Source of the DNA: Clostridia bacterium
Lineage (GTDB): Bacteria > Bacillota > Clostridia > Oscillospirales > CAG-272
Length of the DNA: 64,000 nt
Assembly (NCBI GenBank): GCA_017625755.1
Contig: JAGAKG010000036.1
Location: forward strand, 92,952-156,951
Direction: 5' to 3'
Under the pieces are notes generated by a model that worked only from the letters and a program-made list of their open reading frames with translations, searched no databases and was not told the DNA's origin. The position numbers and the translations under genes are program-made. Shown here piece after piece: positions 55,901-61,056 of this stretch; position 1 is the stretch's first letter; every line of letters begins with the position of its first letter.

Positions 55901-57212
55901 CGTTGAGGCAACCTGTACTCAGGTCGGAATAGCTGTTCATAGCTGTGGCTACTGCGATTATTCCTACCAGACCGAGGACGCTCCTATGGGACATATGTAT
56001 CAGTTCAAGCCCACAGAGAATTTGTGGATATGCCGCAATTGCGGACTTGAGAATTTCACGGGCGTCGACGGAGAGGTTATCTTTGAGGATCTCACAGCCC
56101 GTCGCGGCGACGGAAGCCGGTATATTGTCGGTTACCGCAACCACTGGGGAAGTGAGTATATCTTCTCGCTTTATCTCGTGATAGACGGAGAGGAGCTTCC
56201 GATAGACCTTGAGGCTATTGACGACGGAAAATCTCTCGTATATATTGATGTAAACGCCGTTGCTAAGCTTGCCGAGGCTATGGGATATAAGCCCTGCGCT
56301 TATATGGTATGCCTGCGCTTCGTGCCGATAGGCGACGATTCGGGATACTACTATGATTTTGCTATCACGCTTGATCCTCACGCGTACGCCATAGACGAGG
56401 AAAACAGCGTAATTCCCGAGGATCCCTGCACGCAGCAGACGGTTACCGCTTATAAGTGTGTTCTTTGCGGCGACAGCTACACAGAGACTGTTCTCGCGGG
56501 ACACGACACAGAGTGGATAAGCAATTCTATCGGTGATTGCGGCTCGGCTATCAATGTTGAGGTCTGCAAGGTGTGTGATAAAATTTTCACCGTAGAGAGA
56601 CAGCAGGCTTGTGACTTTGAGTATACCTGTTCCACCGAGACCGATGAGAACGGTATTACCCGTACGATAGAAAATTATGTCTGCCGCAACTGCGGAGCAA
56701 GCTATGCGCACGAGTATTACACAATCTCCAAGGAGTCATGCTTCTCTGATGAGTACAGCATTACCAGATGGGGACTTCAGGATGACGGAAGCTATGCTTT
56801 CGAGGCAACGGTAGTTACCGAGAGTGAATCTCATATCTATGTTTCCAAGAGTGACATTACTGAGGAAGGATATACTACCGTAATCACCAAAACCACGGCG
56901 TGTGAGGATTGCGGAAAGATATCGAGTCAGAATATAACTACTACCGTAGTAGACGAAAACGGACACAATGTATCTCAGCTTATAGATAGCTTGACTTCTA
57001 ACGGTGTTCGCACCAAGAATTACAGAGAGTACTTTACTGCCGAGAACGGTGGCTCCTATGAGTCAATTCGCACATTTGAGCGTATTGACGCGAACGGTGT
57101 GTTGACCGGTTATACTATGGTTTACGAGTATGACTTTGAGGCAGGCGTTCGCTACTGGACCAGAACCGATGTTAGCGGAAAGGTTACAGAAGGAAAAGAC
57201 GCTATAAAGTAA
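43929..57212 (+). CDS. Giant (about 4,427 aa) Cys/His-rich multi-repeat putative surface lipoprotein, function unknown
   Basis: One uninterrupted ORF. GGAGG lies 8 nt before the ATG at 43929. The signal peptide MSNTKKMWIRILCLTFVLFSIFALNSC has a lipobox-like Cys. Three tiers of repeats follow, then terminator hairpins. I see no C-terminal LPXTG, SLH or TM anchor. Confidence 0.85.
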   Translation: MSNTKKMWIRILCLTFVLFSIFALNSCDENDASAECEHTWGEWTVVSEASCEEDGEKQRVCSECEETETRAIAALSHDFGEWSVTKAATCTEEGEETRVCSRNSEHTETRTVAKIAHTFDVEKEDVAYLKKEGSCTEKAVYYKSCKCGEKGTETFESGTPSHTYDREVVDAKFLKSEATCTAKAVYYKSCECGAFDAESSETFESGATIPHTYGESVVAPRYLKSEATCTDRAVYYKSCKCGAFDALASETFESGSLESHKYDRAVVDAEYLKSEANCNSAAVYYKSCKCGAFDTGVSGTFENGDKTPHVYDRAVAESKYVKTPASCTEKAVYYKSCKCGAFDKSVSETFESGALMPHSYDKRVVDAKYLKSEATCTSKAVYYKSCKCGDFDTALSDTFKSGEMLPHIYDREVVSSEYLKSGATCTAKAVYYKSCECGHKGSATFEYGNILPHVYNKEVVADRYLKSGATCTELGVYYKSCECGAFDADLSATFSGGELIPHTYNREEVADKYLKTEATCTAKAVYYKSCECGAFDRYDSETFESGTTIAHTYDREVVDSKYIASEATCTLAATYYKSCKCGAFDASLSATFAYGEPIAHTYDREVVEARYLASAATCEARARYYKSCKCGAHDNALSGTFEYGDLQGHNHVQIAFTAATCTVDGVRIEECTVCGDTIETPIIAQGHNYVDEVVEPKCLTVGYTKHTCSECGDNYSDSEVPATGHLVFDDRVIAPTCEDGGYTEHKCNACGFIEKINPTAKLGHDYQEQILTPADCKTAGTKKISCSRCDYENTETIPTTDHNHNSVTTPATCTVDGYITYTCVCGDTYTVAGEAAQGHSWSKTPVSPTCTEQGYTFWECDNCDAEEKHDFVAANGHSFSAATCAEPERCACGATGAAATGNHNYVGVETTAPTCTVKGVMTYTCGTCGDSYTEDISATGHNTEGAIWTETEQCIDGKCTYVKISTTTCLNNNCGVTVSETSASYEKHSYLATITQAATCTVPGIKTYKCTVCGGQPAENATVEYSEASGHTWIETASTTTTKSYECSACGETKTVVHSDGNSANVGASDLSSSGGVNLGGTEIELDSATKEQLGQITQTENITVSVNKIEGNDRNDLVNDETQLEYIGDAPIYDLTMLIGGDENNKISNFNGKVTVRIPYTLESGDDPENLTIWYIDDNGEVSTIDGATYVVIGGQGYAVFETDHFSYYTVTKLTPAERCERDGHIEKTIKQNATCLIGGYEKTVCTRCGEVLENKTTPALGHNWSQEVISEATCDEAGQTKHSCDRCKLVYYTVTAAIGHKWAEDKTVEASCSETGYILYICENNKAHTYTVVIPKKNHSYVSVVTKPTCTTEGYTTHTCSDCGASYISDRVKATEHKIVTKVVEPTCISEGYTAQSCEKCGQRFKDIDIVPKTGHSWDIEAPTCSKGQTCTVCNAAGDAATGEHNMTEKGECSDCGKACEHKFYQGEVHAPTCIENGYTEYICNFCGLVENRDVVEHGDHTWKDAEHKAATCTDDGYDKWICSVCGETKTEIISHGDGFHKTSTKVVAPTCEEEGYTLQFCKVCGQEIERTNAVPATGHKYEVIENVEATCEKDGYIIAKCAGCGHETEKVLEATGHSYSVYEVIEPECGKEGATVYKCSGCGSTYEEPIEALKHNFEQYGKVEPTCEGEGAILYRCTACGVEIAEIIKANGHNYELSETVDSTCTVNGKKIYACTACDSTVEEELELADHNYVDGKCEACGKEQSSCKHASLEDCDVTYKFINGSTSCEEGVEVIYTCPNCEQVVISEIRDGHIYRREDISADFDVAGNIFVEKCIICDRGDIYIKLPNCQMMSTTDKHIDEEGNTVVVETYLCVDCGFSYTRKMTVKSEDCRSEYEYVYTFGKDGYTVRIVNIAESHNYFTEWEEFIDEENLTLTEVGIRSCKDCGKVFYRRTDTMKYLAEDIPLEFIETLELALDDKGTEFILVEKEAQRAEYEITEDGEYIPVAMVGSYTTYNSKGEPATVEEEIEKYTADGDESYFYAALYNYICGEKVLIEYEEEEYVTVTLPGGYEKNFIASNKAGEYDINGEVIYLYEETYTYEIIEGESCKINVTYSDSEGNTDTFVKEAHVNVEKFIEFAEGSNSCTQGVYTVERCTVCETEINRTYRTHHSLYSYADDEIDAGELGCECGGFISRVHCEYCDYESVNYHFNCDMSEGGYDYDGDGKFDTPEVVLPVLPNDSKYDVGYGTVDGDIAYDEEIGGDNWGEIVDGDTTTSTFKTEQTCRNCGFSYSVEWYTERGENCQVTKYYTYSFGKDADGNALLVIETVDDSSYTHSYTSEEKMLEDTYETQADGSVLLVTVFETKTYCVSCGHVSSYERVTVKRDTEGYVLYEGREHISGEGDNSYVSEKIETIYEKYKHPDGTVETRQTGWGEYRYNQLGEEIYFSRDTYIYNDETPCIVTVIWENSNGDREEHKEENHEFTRVPVLVEGAESCEDGVRIVDRCTVCGYEEDEGRTVNWHYTVNEHIDFAPYGSICGAWMNIETCACGQSSYIYFERAGMFNIQNGSYKDENGNMHKLERGECMADGFWYEIDYYSVRGENCSVTEYSVYRFGNSESKEALLEKSIVRERKGAHKTEFKEIVNETTQEFDEVTGEVLNVHTYEVAHTCMNCGTVTDHYRTVDKNDKLGNSVYHKNENFFTASNGVEYLGNSFEALYMSVKLADGSIATVELSTSNKEYDENGNLTWFEDTVYEYVGGYCEYIAHRTNSDGNEWEEKGENHGATVERVTLMEGAETCDDGVICTHVCLLCGKETYRTEFYHHYTVYESVDLSEYGCKCGGQFDANTCACGMYNNFDIGAGCAFESTRTTVVDAEGNKHTVTTYTCMNCNFSYSRETWRETGAFCHTYYYTVFNIGLDAEGNAAIVKTTVKDAGTSHNITTEGGEAIKTTETDENGNILTVVTTEIKNYCLICGTVETHFVTVEKYNANNDVVYKANTNYAFADGKEYICNEIVEKFEIVLLANGNQKQLLTESSNYTYAPDGSILEFIVYEYEYTEGDYCNVKVTYNSSNGSDSYTEERHGSLQESFALMEGATNCYEGVLVTNTCLDCGKVVNTEEIYRHVTRCETVNLSEYGSVCGDFIDFYSCPCGENNHYKQAYACAYTCVESKYDILNGFERAYEAYRCMNCGFEYTYERWTELDENCNGAQYTKYSFGKDENGNPLGEKIVEISMKEAHNWTYDEDIVESVETDENGNTLKVITTERTEYCSNCAKRSFREITVEKFDDKGNIVFRETSRYYTDEKGEYLSETVTSTFATGVKADGTSFTYEASRKTLYHYGIDAGYWCQYTYTYKDGNWCTRYVTMTASDGNSNSYVEENHGEYKTVVTLMDGAADCNSGVIVSEMCVDCGTVFKSYDAYHHYMVTERIDASTLGCGCGGEVVIDACACGYQSNVHVKTGCTFNITSDKVDNGDGTTHNTSIYACDICGFSYTYERWNEYDENCVNYNNKVYKFGLDKEGNPLLVKEIRLSRGENHSYSGINNEAVETTEIDKAGNELRVVTTTESNSCTRCGRFGHMNVTVEKYLTANAEMGDEICVYICKENYIPSVEAENGIYLHSQDIWEYGYYTDAHGKLATYPTLEYIVYYNVYGEIDDFQRYEYSYKEGNYCVATVLYTNFYGDKSEEVRTNHSEVHFDYILSKGSESCADGIDLVELCVACGTEISRMENYTKEHLFCDTPSSVIDLEQYGSVCGGELQIFTCPCGKKENTNIVSDCPFNYTGEYYTYTAADGSTHTREIMTCPVTDPELCGFSYVYIDWQTSDENCMAVSHRVILLGVDAKTGDYAYKYEATYGEDYYNHSMINSYNTYITDDGKTVTESVNTCEKCGAISYKNITTSYVDENGDNVFEQESYYYRTELADNAVLSHNYRINITRDVKVGDETRSVTVYTKNEEYGYLDELMYWTEESYVYNEESCCTGTRNVKRYHADKDIINEESYDFDNHSIHNSEIIVEATCTQVGIAVHSCGYCDYSYQTEDAPMGHMYQFKPTENLWICRNCGLENFTGVDGEVIFEDLTARRGDGSRYIVGYRNHWGSEYIFSLYLVIDGEELPIDLEAIDDGKSLVYIDVNAVAKLAEAMGYKPCAYMVCLRFVPIGDDSGYYYDFAITLDPHAYAIDEENSVIPEDPCTQQTVTAYKCVLCGDSYTETVLAGHDTEWISNSIGDCGSAINVEVCKVCDKIFTVERQQACDFEYTCSTETDENGITRTIENYVCRNCGASYAHEYYTISKESCFSDEYSITRWGLQDDGSYAFEATVVTESESHIYVSKSDITEEGYTTVITKTTACEDCGKISSQNITTTVVDENGHNVSQLIDSLTSNGVRTKNYREYFTAENGGSYESIRTFERIDANGVLTGYTMVYEYDFEAGVRYWTRTDVSGKVTEGKDAIK
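44277..45872 (+). repeat. Eleven tandem 45-49 aa (135-147 bp) coding repeats (tier A)
   Basis: Consensus HTYDREVVDAKYLKSEATCTAKAVYYKSCKCGAFDxxxSETFESGxxxP. Nine units are 49 aa, one is 45 and one is 46, which totals 532 aa and fills the interval exactly. The YYKSC(K/E)CG cores recur at about 44341, 44471, 44620, 44770, 44915, 45063, 45210, 45350, 45493, 45645 and 45790. Confidence 0.9.
45873..47102 (+). repeat. Tier B block 1: about 11 coding repeats of roughly 38 aa with an H...C-x9-C-x2-C pattern
   Basis: Examples are GHNYVDEVVEPKCLTVGYTKHTCSECGDNYSDSEVPAT and GHSWSKTPVSPTCTEQGYTFWECDNCDAEEKHDFVAAN. Two related units also lie at the N-terminus (about 44030-44276). Confidence 0.8.
47580..49178 (+). 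repeat. Tier B block 2: about 15 further H...C-x9-C-x2-C repeats
   Basis: Examples are HKIVTKVVEPTCISEGYTAQSCEKCGQRFKDIDIVPKT and GHKYEVIENVEATCEKDGYIIAKCAGCGHETEKVLEAT. A Cys-free insert at 47103-47579 separates this block from block 1. Confidence 0.8.
49179..57209 (+). repeat. Tier C: eight divergent super-modules of about 260-357 aa, plus one divergent interruption
   Basis: Module-initial C-x9-C-x2-C knuckles have their first Cys codons at 49242, 50313, 51363, 52269, 53166, 54060, 54987, 55914 and 56427. Recurrent internal landmarks are HHY, YGCxCGG...CACG, YxCxNCGFSY...ENC, FGxDxxGN, TDENGNxLxVxTTExxxYCxxCG, TVEKxDxxGN and YCxxxVTY. Confidence 0.8.
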
Positions 57213-57231
57213 ATTTAATTTCACTACCTAA

Positions 57232-57259
57232 AAAGGGCTATTGCTTGCAATAGCCCTTT
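57232..57259 (+). terminator. Hairpin after the giant gene
   Basis: aaagggctattgc-tt-gcaatagcccttt. It shares the 14-nt core tattgcttgcaata with the rpsU terminator. The T-tract is weak. Confidence 0.5.
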
Positions 57260-57271
57260 GACTTTGAATAT

Positions 57272-57308
57272 AAAAAAACGCTCGGAGATTTTTCTCCGAG
57301 CATTTTTT
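57272..57308. terminator. Bidirectional intrinsic terminator
   Basis: aaaaaaa-c-gctcggaga-tttt-tctccgagc-a-tttttt lies between the convergent giant gene and the ACP gene. Confidence 0.8.
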
Positions 57309-57319
57309 ATACCTTGAAA

Positions 57320-57547
57320 TCAGTTGTTGAGGGATTCGAGGTAGTTGACAACATCGCCAACGGTGGTGAACTGACGGATATCGTCGTCATTGATCTCAAT
57401 ACCGAATTTGTCCTCGCAAAGCATAACGAGGTCAGCAAGCTCAATAGAGTTGATGCCGAGGTCGCCTGAAAGCTCAGCCTCCATCTTGATATCGTCGCGG
57501 TCGATCTGAAGCTCCTCAACGAGCAATTCAGCAAACTTTTCGTACAT
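57320..57547 (-). CDS. Acyl carrier protein (stand-alone)
   Basis: MYEKFAELLVEELQIDRDDIKMEAELSGDLGINSIELADLVMLCEDKFGIEINDDD... has an ACP fold with the LGxxS phosphopantetheine site. The ATG at 57547 follows GGAGG, and the ORF-track start at 57616 is unlikely. Confidence 0.8.
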   Translation of the reverse strand: MYEKFAELLVEELQIDRDDIKMEAELSGDLGINSIELADLVMLCEDKFGIEINDDDIRQFTTVGDVVNYLESLNN

Positions 57548-57784
57548 AGTTATATACCTCCGAATATTGTCTTTTGGTTTGGAGTAGGAGCGGTTAAAAT
57601 ACGCGCTCCGACACATTCTAGAACATTATATAACATTTTTTGTCAAATGTCAAGTAAAATTTTAATATTGCTTTCCGTGCGCAGATTTTTTATAATAAAG
57701 GTAGAATGTTTTGGGAAAAATTTGACACCCGACATATTTTATGATACTATATTACAGTATTAGCAGAAAGATGATGGAGACTCT

Positions 57785-60070
57785 ATGAATTTATTTAAAA
57801 ACAGACCCTTTGCTTTATTTTGCCTGATTTTTATTTTAATAGCTTCCATTGCATACTCTCTTCCCGCAAATAATAAGCTTTTCCTTGCGTGTGTTGCGTT
57901 GTCTGCCGTGTTGGTGTGCGCTTTGCTCTGCGCTGTTTGGAAAAGCAAACGAATTGCCTGCATTTTTGCGCTTCTGTGCTTTCTTTTCGCTTTTTGCGCG
58001 GCAGCTTCTCAATGGGCTTTTGTTGACCTCAAAAGGGAAGCGGCGCTCGGATATTCAGGCGATAAAGATATCCGATTTGTGATAGTTTCCGAGGAATATT
58101 CCTCAGAGCGATTATCGGAATATATAGTAAAAATCGAGCAGATAGACGATGAGCGTGTGTCGCTCAGGTCGGTGGTTTTCCTTGGCTTTGATGCCGATTA
58201 CAAGGCGGGAGACGAGATATACGCGAGAGCGGTCATATCCCCCGCGGGCGAGCCTATACTCGGATTTTCACGAAGCTCGGACGAGGGTATCTATATACAT
58301 ACCGCGATATACGACGATAGTGACATGGCACTCATCTCCTCGGGGAATACCGATATTGAGATAATATTCGGGAAGCTGCGCAGATATGTCTCAGAATATA
58401 TGGATTCTTTATTTGGAAAGGATACATCTGCTCTTGCGCGAGCCTTTCTGCTTGGCGACAAGAGTGAGGTGCCGTCGCAGACCTTGCGCGATTTCAGGCG
58501 CGCGGGTGTGTCGCATATTGTAGCGGTAAGCGGACTTCATATATCGGTGCTTATCGGAGCGGTGGAGCTTCTTTTGCGGAAGCTTTACATATCAAAAGGT
58601 ATCAGATGCGTCCTGCTTTCGGTCGTATCCTTAATATTTCTTGCTATGACGGGCTTTGCAATGTCGGCGTGCAGAGCCGTGATAATGCTTCTGTTCGTTT
58701 ATTTCTGCTATCTTTTTGTGCAGGAAAGCGACGCTGTAACCTCGCTTTTCGCGTCGGTCGCCTTTATTATGCTTATATTTCCACATTCGGTGCGTGATGT
58801 GGGGCTTTGGCTCTCCTTTCTTGCCACGCTTGGAATAGTTGCGGTCTATATTCCTGTCAGCTACCATATGCGAAAGCCTCCCCGAAAGGGATTGGCAGGG
58901 AGAGCGCGTTCGGTGTTGCGAAGGCTTGTTTTTGCCCTGCTTCTGACTTTTATTTGCAATATTTTTATATGCGCCGTAGTCTGGGTGGTATTTGGGGAGA
59001 TTTCTGCCGTGTCATTGATTTCAAATATCGTGATATCCCCGATATCCGAGGTGTTTATAGTTATGATCCCCGTGGTGACGCTGATAGGCAGACTTCCGCT
59101 TGTCGGAGAGCTTGGCATAAGTCTTTTGTCTACGCTCGGAGAGGGAATAACCTATCTGTGCGGTTGCTTTTCGGATATTGAGGGGGCGGTCATATCGCTC
59201 GGATATCCCTTTGCGGGTATTATAATCCTTATTATGAGCGCCGCTGTGGCGGTAATGCTCGTCATAAACCTCAAAAAGAAATGGAAAATTCTCCTGCCTC
59301 CCCTCGCCGCTTGTCTGGCTTTCGCGCTCTGCCTTGGAGGATATAATTTTATACGCAGAGGTGAGCTTGACGCTTCCTGCTATTCATACGGCGGAAACGA
59401 TATGATAGTTCTCACTAAGGGCTATTCTGCCGCGGTCTGCGACCTTTCCTCGGGTGCCTATTCCTTCGTCGCTGGGGCGACCTCGATAGCCTCGGAGAAT
59501 ATGGCAACCGAGATAAGCGAATATGTACTGACTCATTATCACAGCCGACAGTCAGCCACGCTTGACGCTATCTTCAGAAATACTCTTATGCGAAAAATAT
59601 ACCTGCCGTATCCCTCAAGTTACGAGGAGTACCTGATAATGTCGGAGATAATCGAGTGCGCGAGTGAGCAGGGCGTTGTGGCAGAGCTTTACGAATACGG
59701 CTCGCGAATTGAATTACTGGACGACGCTTGGTGCTCGGTTTTTGCCGCAGATAGCCTGCGCGATAGCGGACATTCGGCGATATCGGCGGTGTTCGGCAAT
59801 AGCGAGGAGCTTCTTTGCTATATAAACGCGGGAACGAAGCCTGCCGACGCATTTGACGGGCTTATATCCGAGAGTGATTATCTTATTTTCGGCAGACACG
59901 GAGTGACAGAGCTCGCCGAATTTTCGCCCGAGCTTGATATCTCGGAAGTTAAGCAGATATATTTTACCGATGCCGAGCTTTATCGGCATTTCGGTGCGTC
60001 CTTTGGGGATGCCGAGGTGTATATAACTCCGAGAGAGGGGGCAACCTCTTTTAAAGTTGTCCTGGGTTAA
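57785..60070 (+). CDS. comEC: ComEC/Rec2-family DNA internalisation channel protein
   Basis: N-terminal TM/OB region, the competence domain (FLLGDKSEVPSQTLRDFRRAGVSHIVAVSGLHISVL) and many TM helices. The C-terminal metallo-beta-lactamase-like region has a degenerate metal motif (LTHYHSRQ). Confidence 0.8.
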   Translation: MNLFKNRPFALFCLIFILIASIAYSLPANNKLFLACVALSAVLVCALLCAVWKSKRIACIFALLCFLFAFCAAASQWAFVDLKREAALGYSGDKDIRFVIVSEEYSSERLSEYIVKIEQIDDERVSLRSVVFLGFDADYKAGDEIYARAVISPAGEPILGFSRSSDEGIYIHTAIYDDSDMALISSGNTDIEIIFGKLRRYVSEYMDSLFGKDTSALARAFLLGDKSEVPSQTLRDFRRAGVSHIVAVSGLHISVLIGAVELLLRKLYISKGIRCVLLSVVSLIFLAMTGFAMSACRAVIMLLFVYFCYLFVQESDAVTSLFASVAFIMLIFPHSVRDVGLWLSFLATLGIVAVYIPVSYHMRKPPRKGLAGRARSVLRRLVFALLLTFICNIFICAVVWVVFGEISAVSLISNIVISPISEVFIVMIPVVTLIGRLPLVGELGISLLSTLGEGITYLCGCFSDIEGAVISLGYPFAGIIILIMSAAVAVMLVINLKKKWKILLPPLAACLAFALCLGGYNFIRRGELDASCYSYGGNDMIVLTKGYSAAVCDLSSGAYSFVAGATSIASENMATEISEYVLTHYHSRQSATLDAIFRNTLMRKIYLPYPSSYEEYLIMSEIIECASEQGVVAELYEYGSRIELLDDAWCSVFAADSLRDSGHSAISAVFGNSEELLCYINAGTKPADAFDGLISESDYLIFGRHGVTELAEFSPELDISEVKQIYFTDAELYRHFGASFGDAEVYITPREGATSFKVVLG

Positions 60071-60156
60071 GCAAGATTAGCAAAATCATATCGCAACTCA
60101 TATTATAATAATGCGTAAAGCTTTTATTTGCGCTATATTTGAAAGGACACTGCGAT

Positions 60157-61056
60157 ATGAAAAACAGTATAAAAATTTCCATAATCGGAGGAGATCTCAG
60201 GGCGCTTGCGGTGGCGAAAAGACTCGCTCTGAGTTATGACAACATAAATCTTTTCGGAATCCGGCTCGGAGGAGTCTCCGAGATGAACGGAGTGGAGTTC
60301 AAGGAGGAGCTTGAGGAGGCGCTCGCGGGTGCTGGGGCGGTGATATTGCCTTTGCCCTCATCGGTTGACGGAGTGAGCATAAACTGTCCGCTATATGAGC
60401 CGAGTGAACGCCCGAAGCTCAGTGAGATATTGAGGCATATTCCCGACGGCTGCCTAATTTTTGGCGGAAAGCTCCCAGAGAGCTTTGTGCGCTCGGCTGA
60501 GCAAAAGGGATTTTGCGTGAAGGATTACTTTGAATCCGAGGATTTTCAAATAAAGAACGCATACACTACGGCTGAGGCGGCGCTCAGTGTGGCTATGAAC
60601 CGACTTGACAGAAATATACGCGGCTCAAGAATAGCAATCACAGGCTACGGAAGAATAGCCAAGCATCTTTGCTCTCTGCTTCTGTCGCTCGGTGCGGATG
60701 TCACCGTGGCGGCTAGGAGAGAGAGCGACCTTTTCTGGGCGGAGTCGTTTGGATGCAAGACACTCAGGATTACACCAGCAAAGGGCTGTCTGTCGCCCTT
60801 GCAGAGCGGTTATGATGTGATATATAACACGGTTCCCATATGGCTTTTTGACCGTGATTTTTTGGTAAAGGCGGACAGAAATACCTTTATCGTGGATTTG
60901 GCGTCGGCACCGGGAGGTGTGGATATCCGCGCGGCGAAGGAGCTTGGAGCGAATGTCAGTTGGGCTACCTCACTGCCAGGGAAATATGCGCCGAGAAGCG
61001 CTGGAGAGCTTATAGCCGACTGTGTCGCGCGTCTCATTGAGGAGGCGTCGCTATGA
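60157..61056 (+). CDS. dpaA: Dipicolinate synthase subunit A
   Basis: KISIIGGDLRALAVAKRL..., ITGYGRIAKHLCSLLLSLGADVTVAARR and DLASAPGGVD are collinear with SpoVFA as I remember it. I chose the ATG at 60157. Confidence 0.85.
   Translation: MKNSIKISIIGGDLRALAVAKRLALSYDNINLFGIRLGGVSEMNGVEFKEELEEALAGAGAVILPLPSSVDGVSINCPLYEPSERPKLSEILRHIPDGCLIFGGKLPESFVRSAEQKGFCVKDYFESEDFQIKNAYTTAEAALSVAMNRLDRNIRGSRIAITGYGRIAKHLCSLLLSLGADVTVAARRESDLFWAESFGCKTLRITPAKGCLSPLQSGYDVIYNTVPIWLFDRDFLVKADRNTFIVDLASAPGGVDIRAAKELGANVSWATSLPGKYAPRSAGELIADCVARLIEEASL

Noticed and set aside
45174-56711. Very long antisense ORFs inside the giant gene: 790 aa (45174..47546), 1149 aa (47550..50999), and 319, 421, 303, 329 and 277 aa further on.
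   Set aside because: All of them lie in the codon-aligned antisense frame. The sense codons start at positions divisible by 3, and so do the triplets of these ORFs. Their stops can therefore arise only from sense codons TTA, CTA or TCA. For example, the stop at 47550-47552 is the sense TCA of HFSYY. Their length just shows that this gene almost never uses those three codons: one run of about 1,150 consecutive sense codons has none. Their products are low-complexity L/S/R/V-rich strings with no RBS or promoter. The same shadow effect appears opposite other genes in the window.
49179-57209. Calling the super-modules RHS/YD-repeat toxin shell repeats.
   Set aside because: Only a loose Y-x-Y / D-x-x-G-N periodicity is shared. 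There is no RHS core-end motif (PxxxxDPxGL-like) and no C-terminal toxin domain. The dense Cys knuckles are not an RHS feature. I keep this only as a hypothesis to test, not as an annotation.
43929-57212. The idea that the variable patches in the repeats are targets of a diversity-generating retroelement.
   Set aside because: The window contains no reverse transcriptase and no non-coding template repeat matching any unit. I also noticed no adenine-specific substitution pattern. Variation is spread across many paralogous units, as expected for ordinary divergence.
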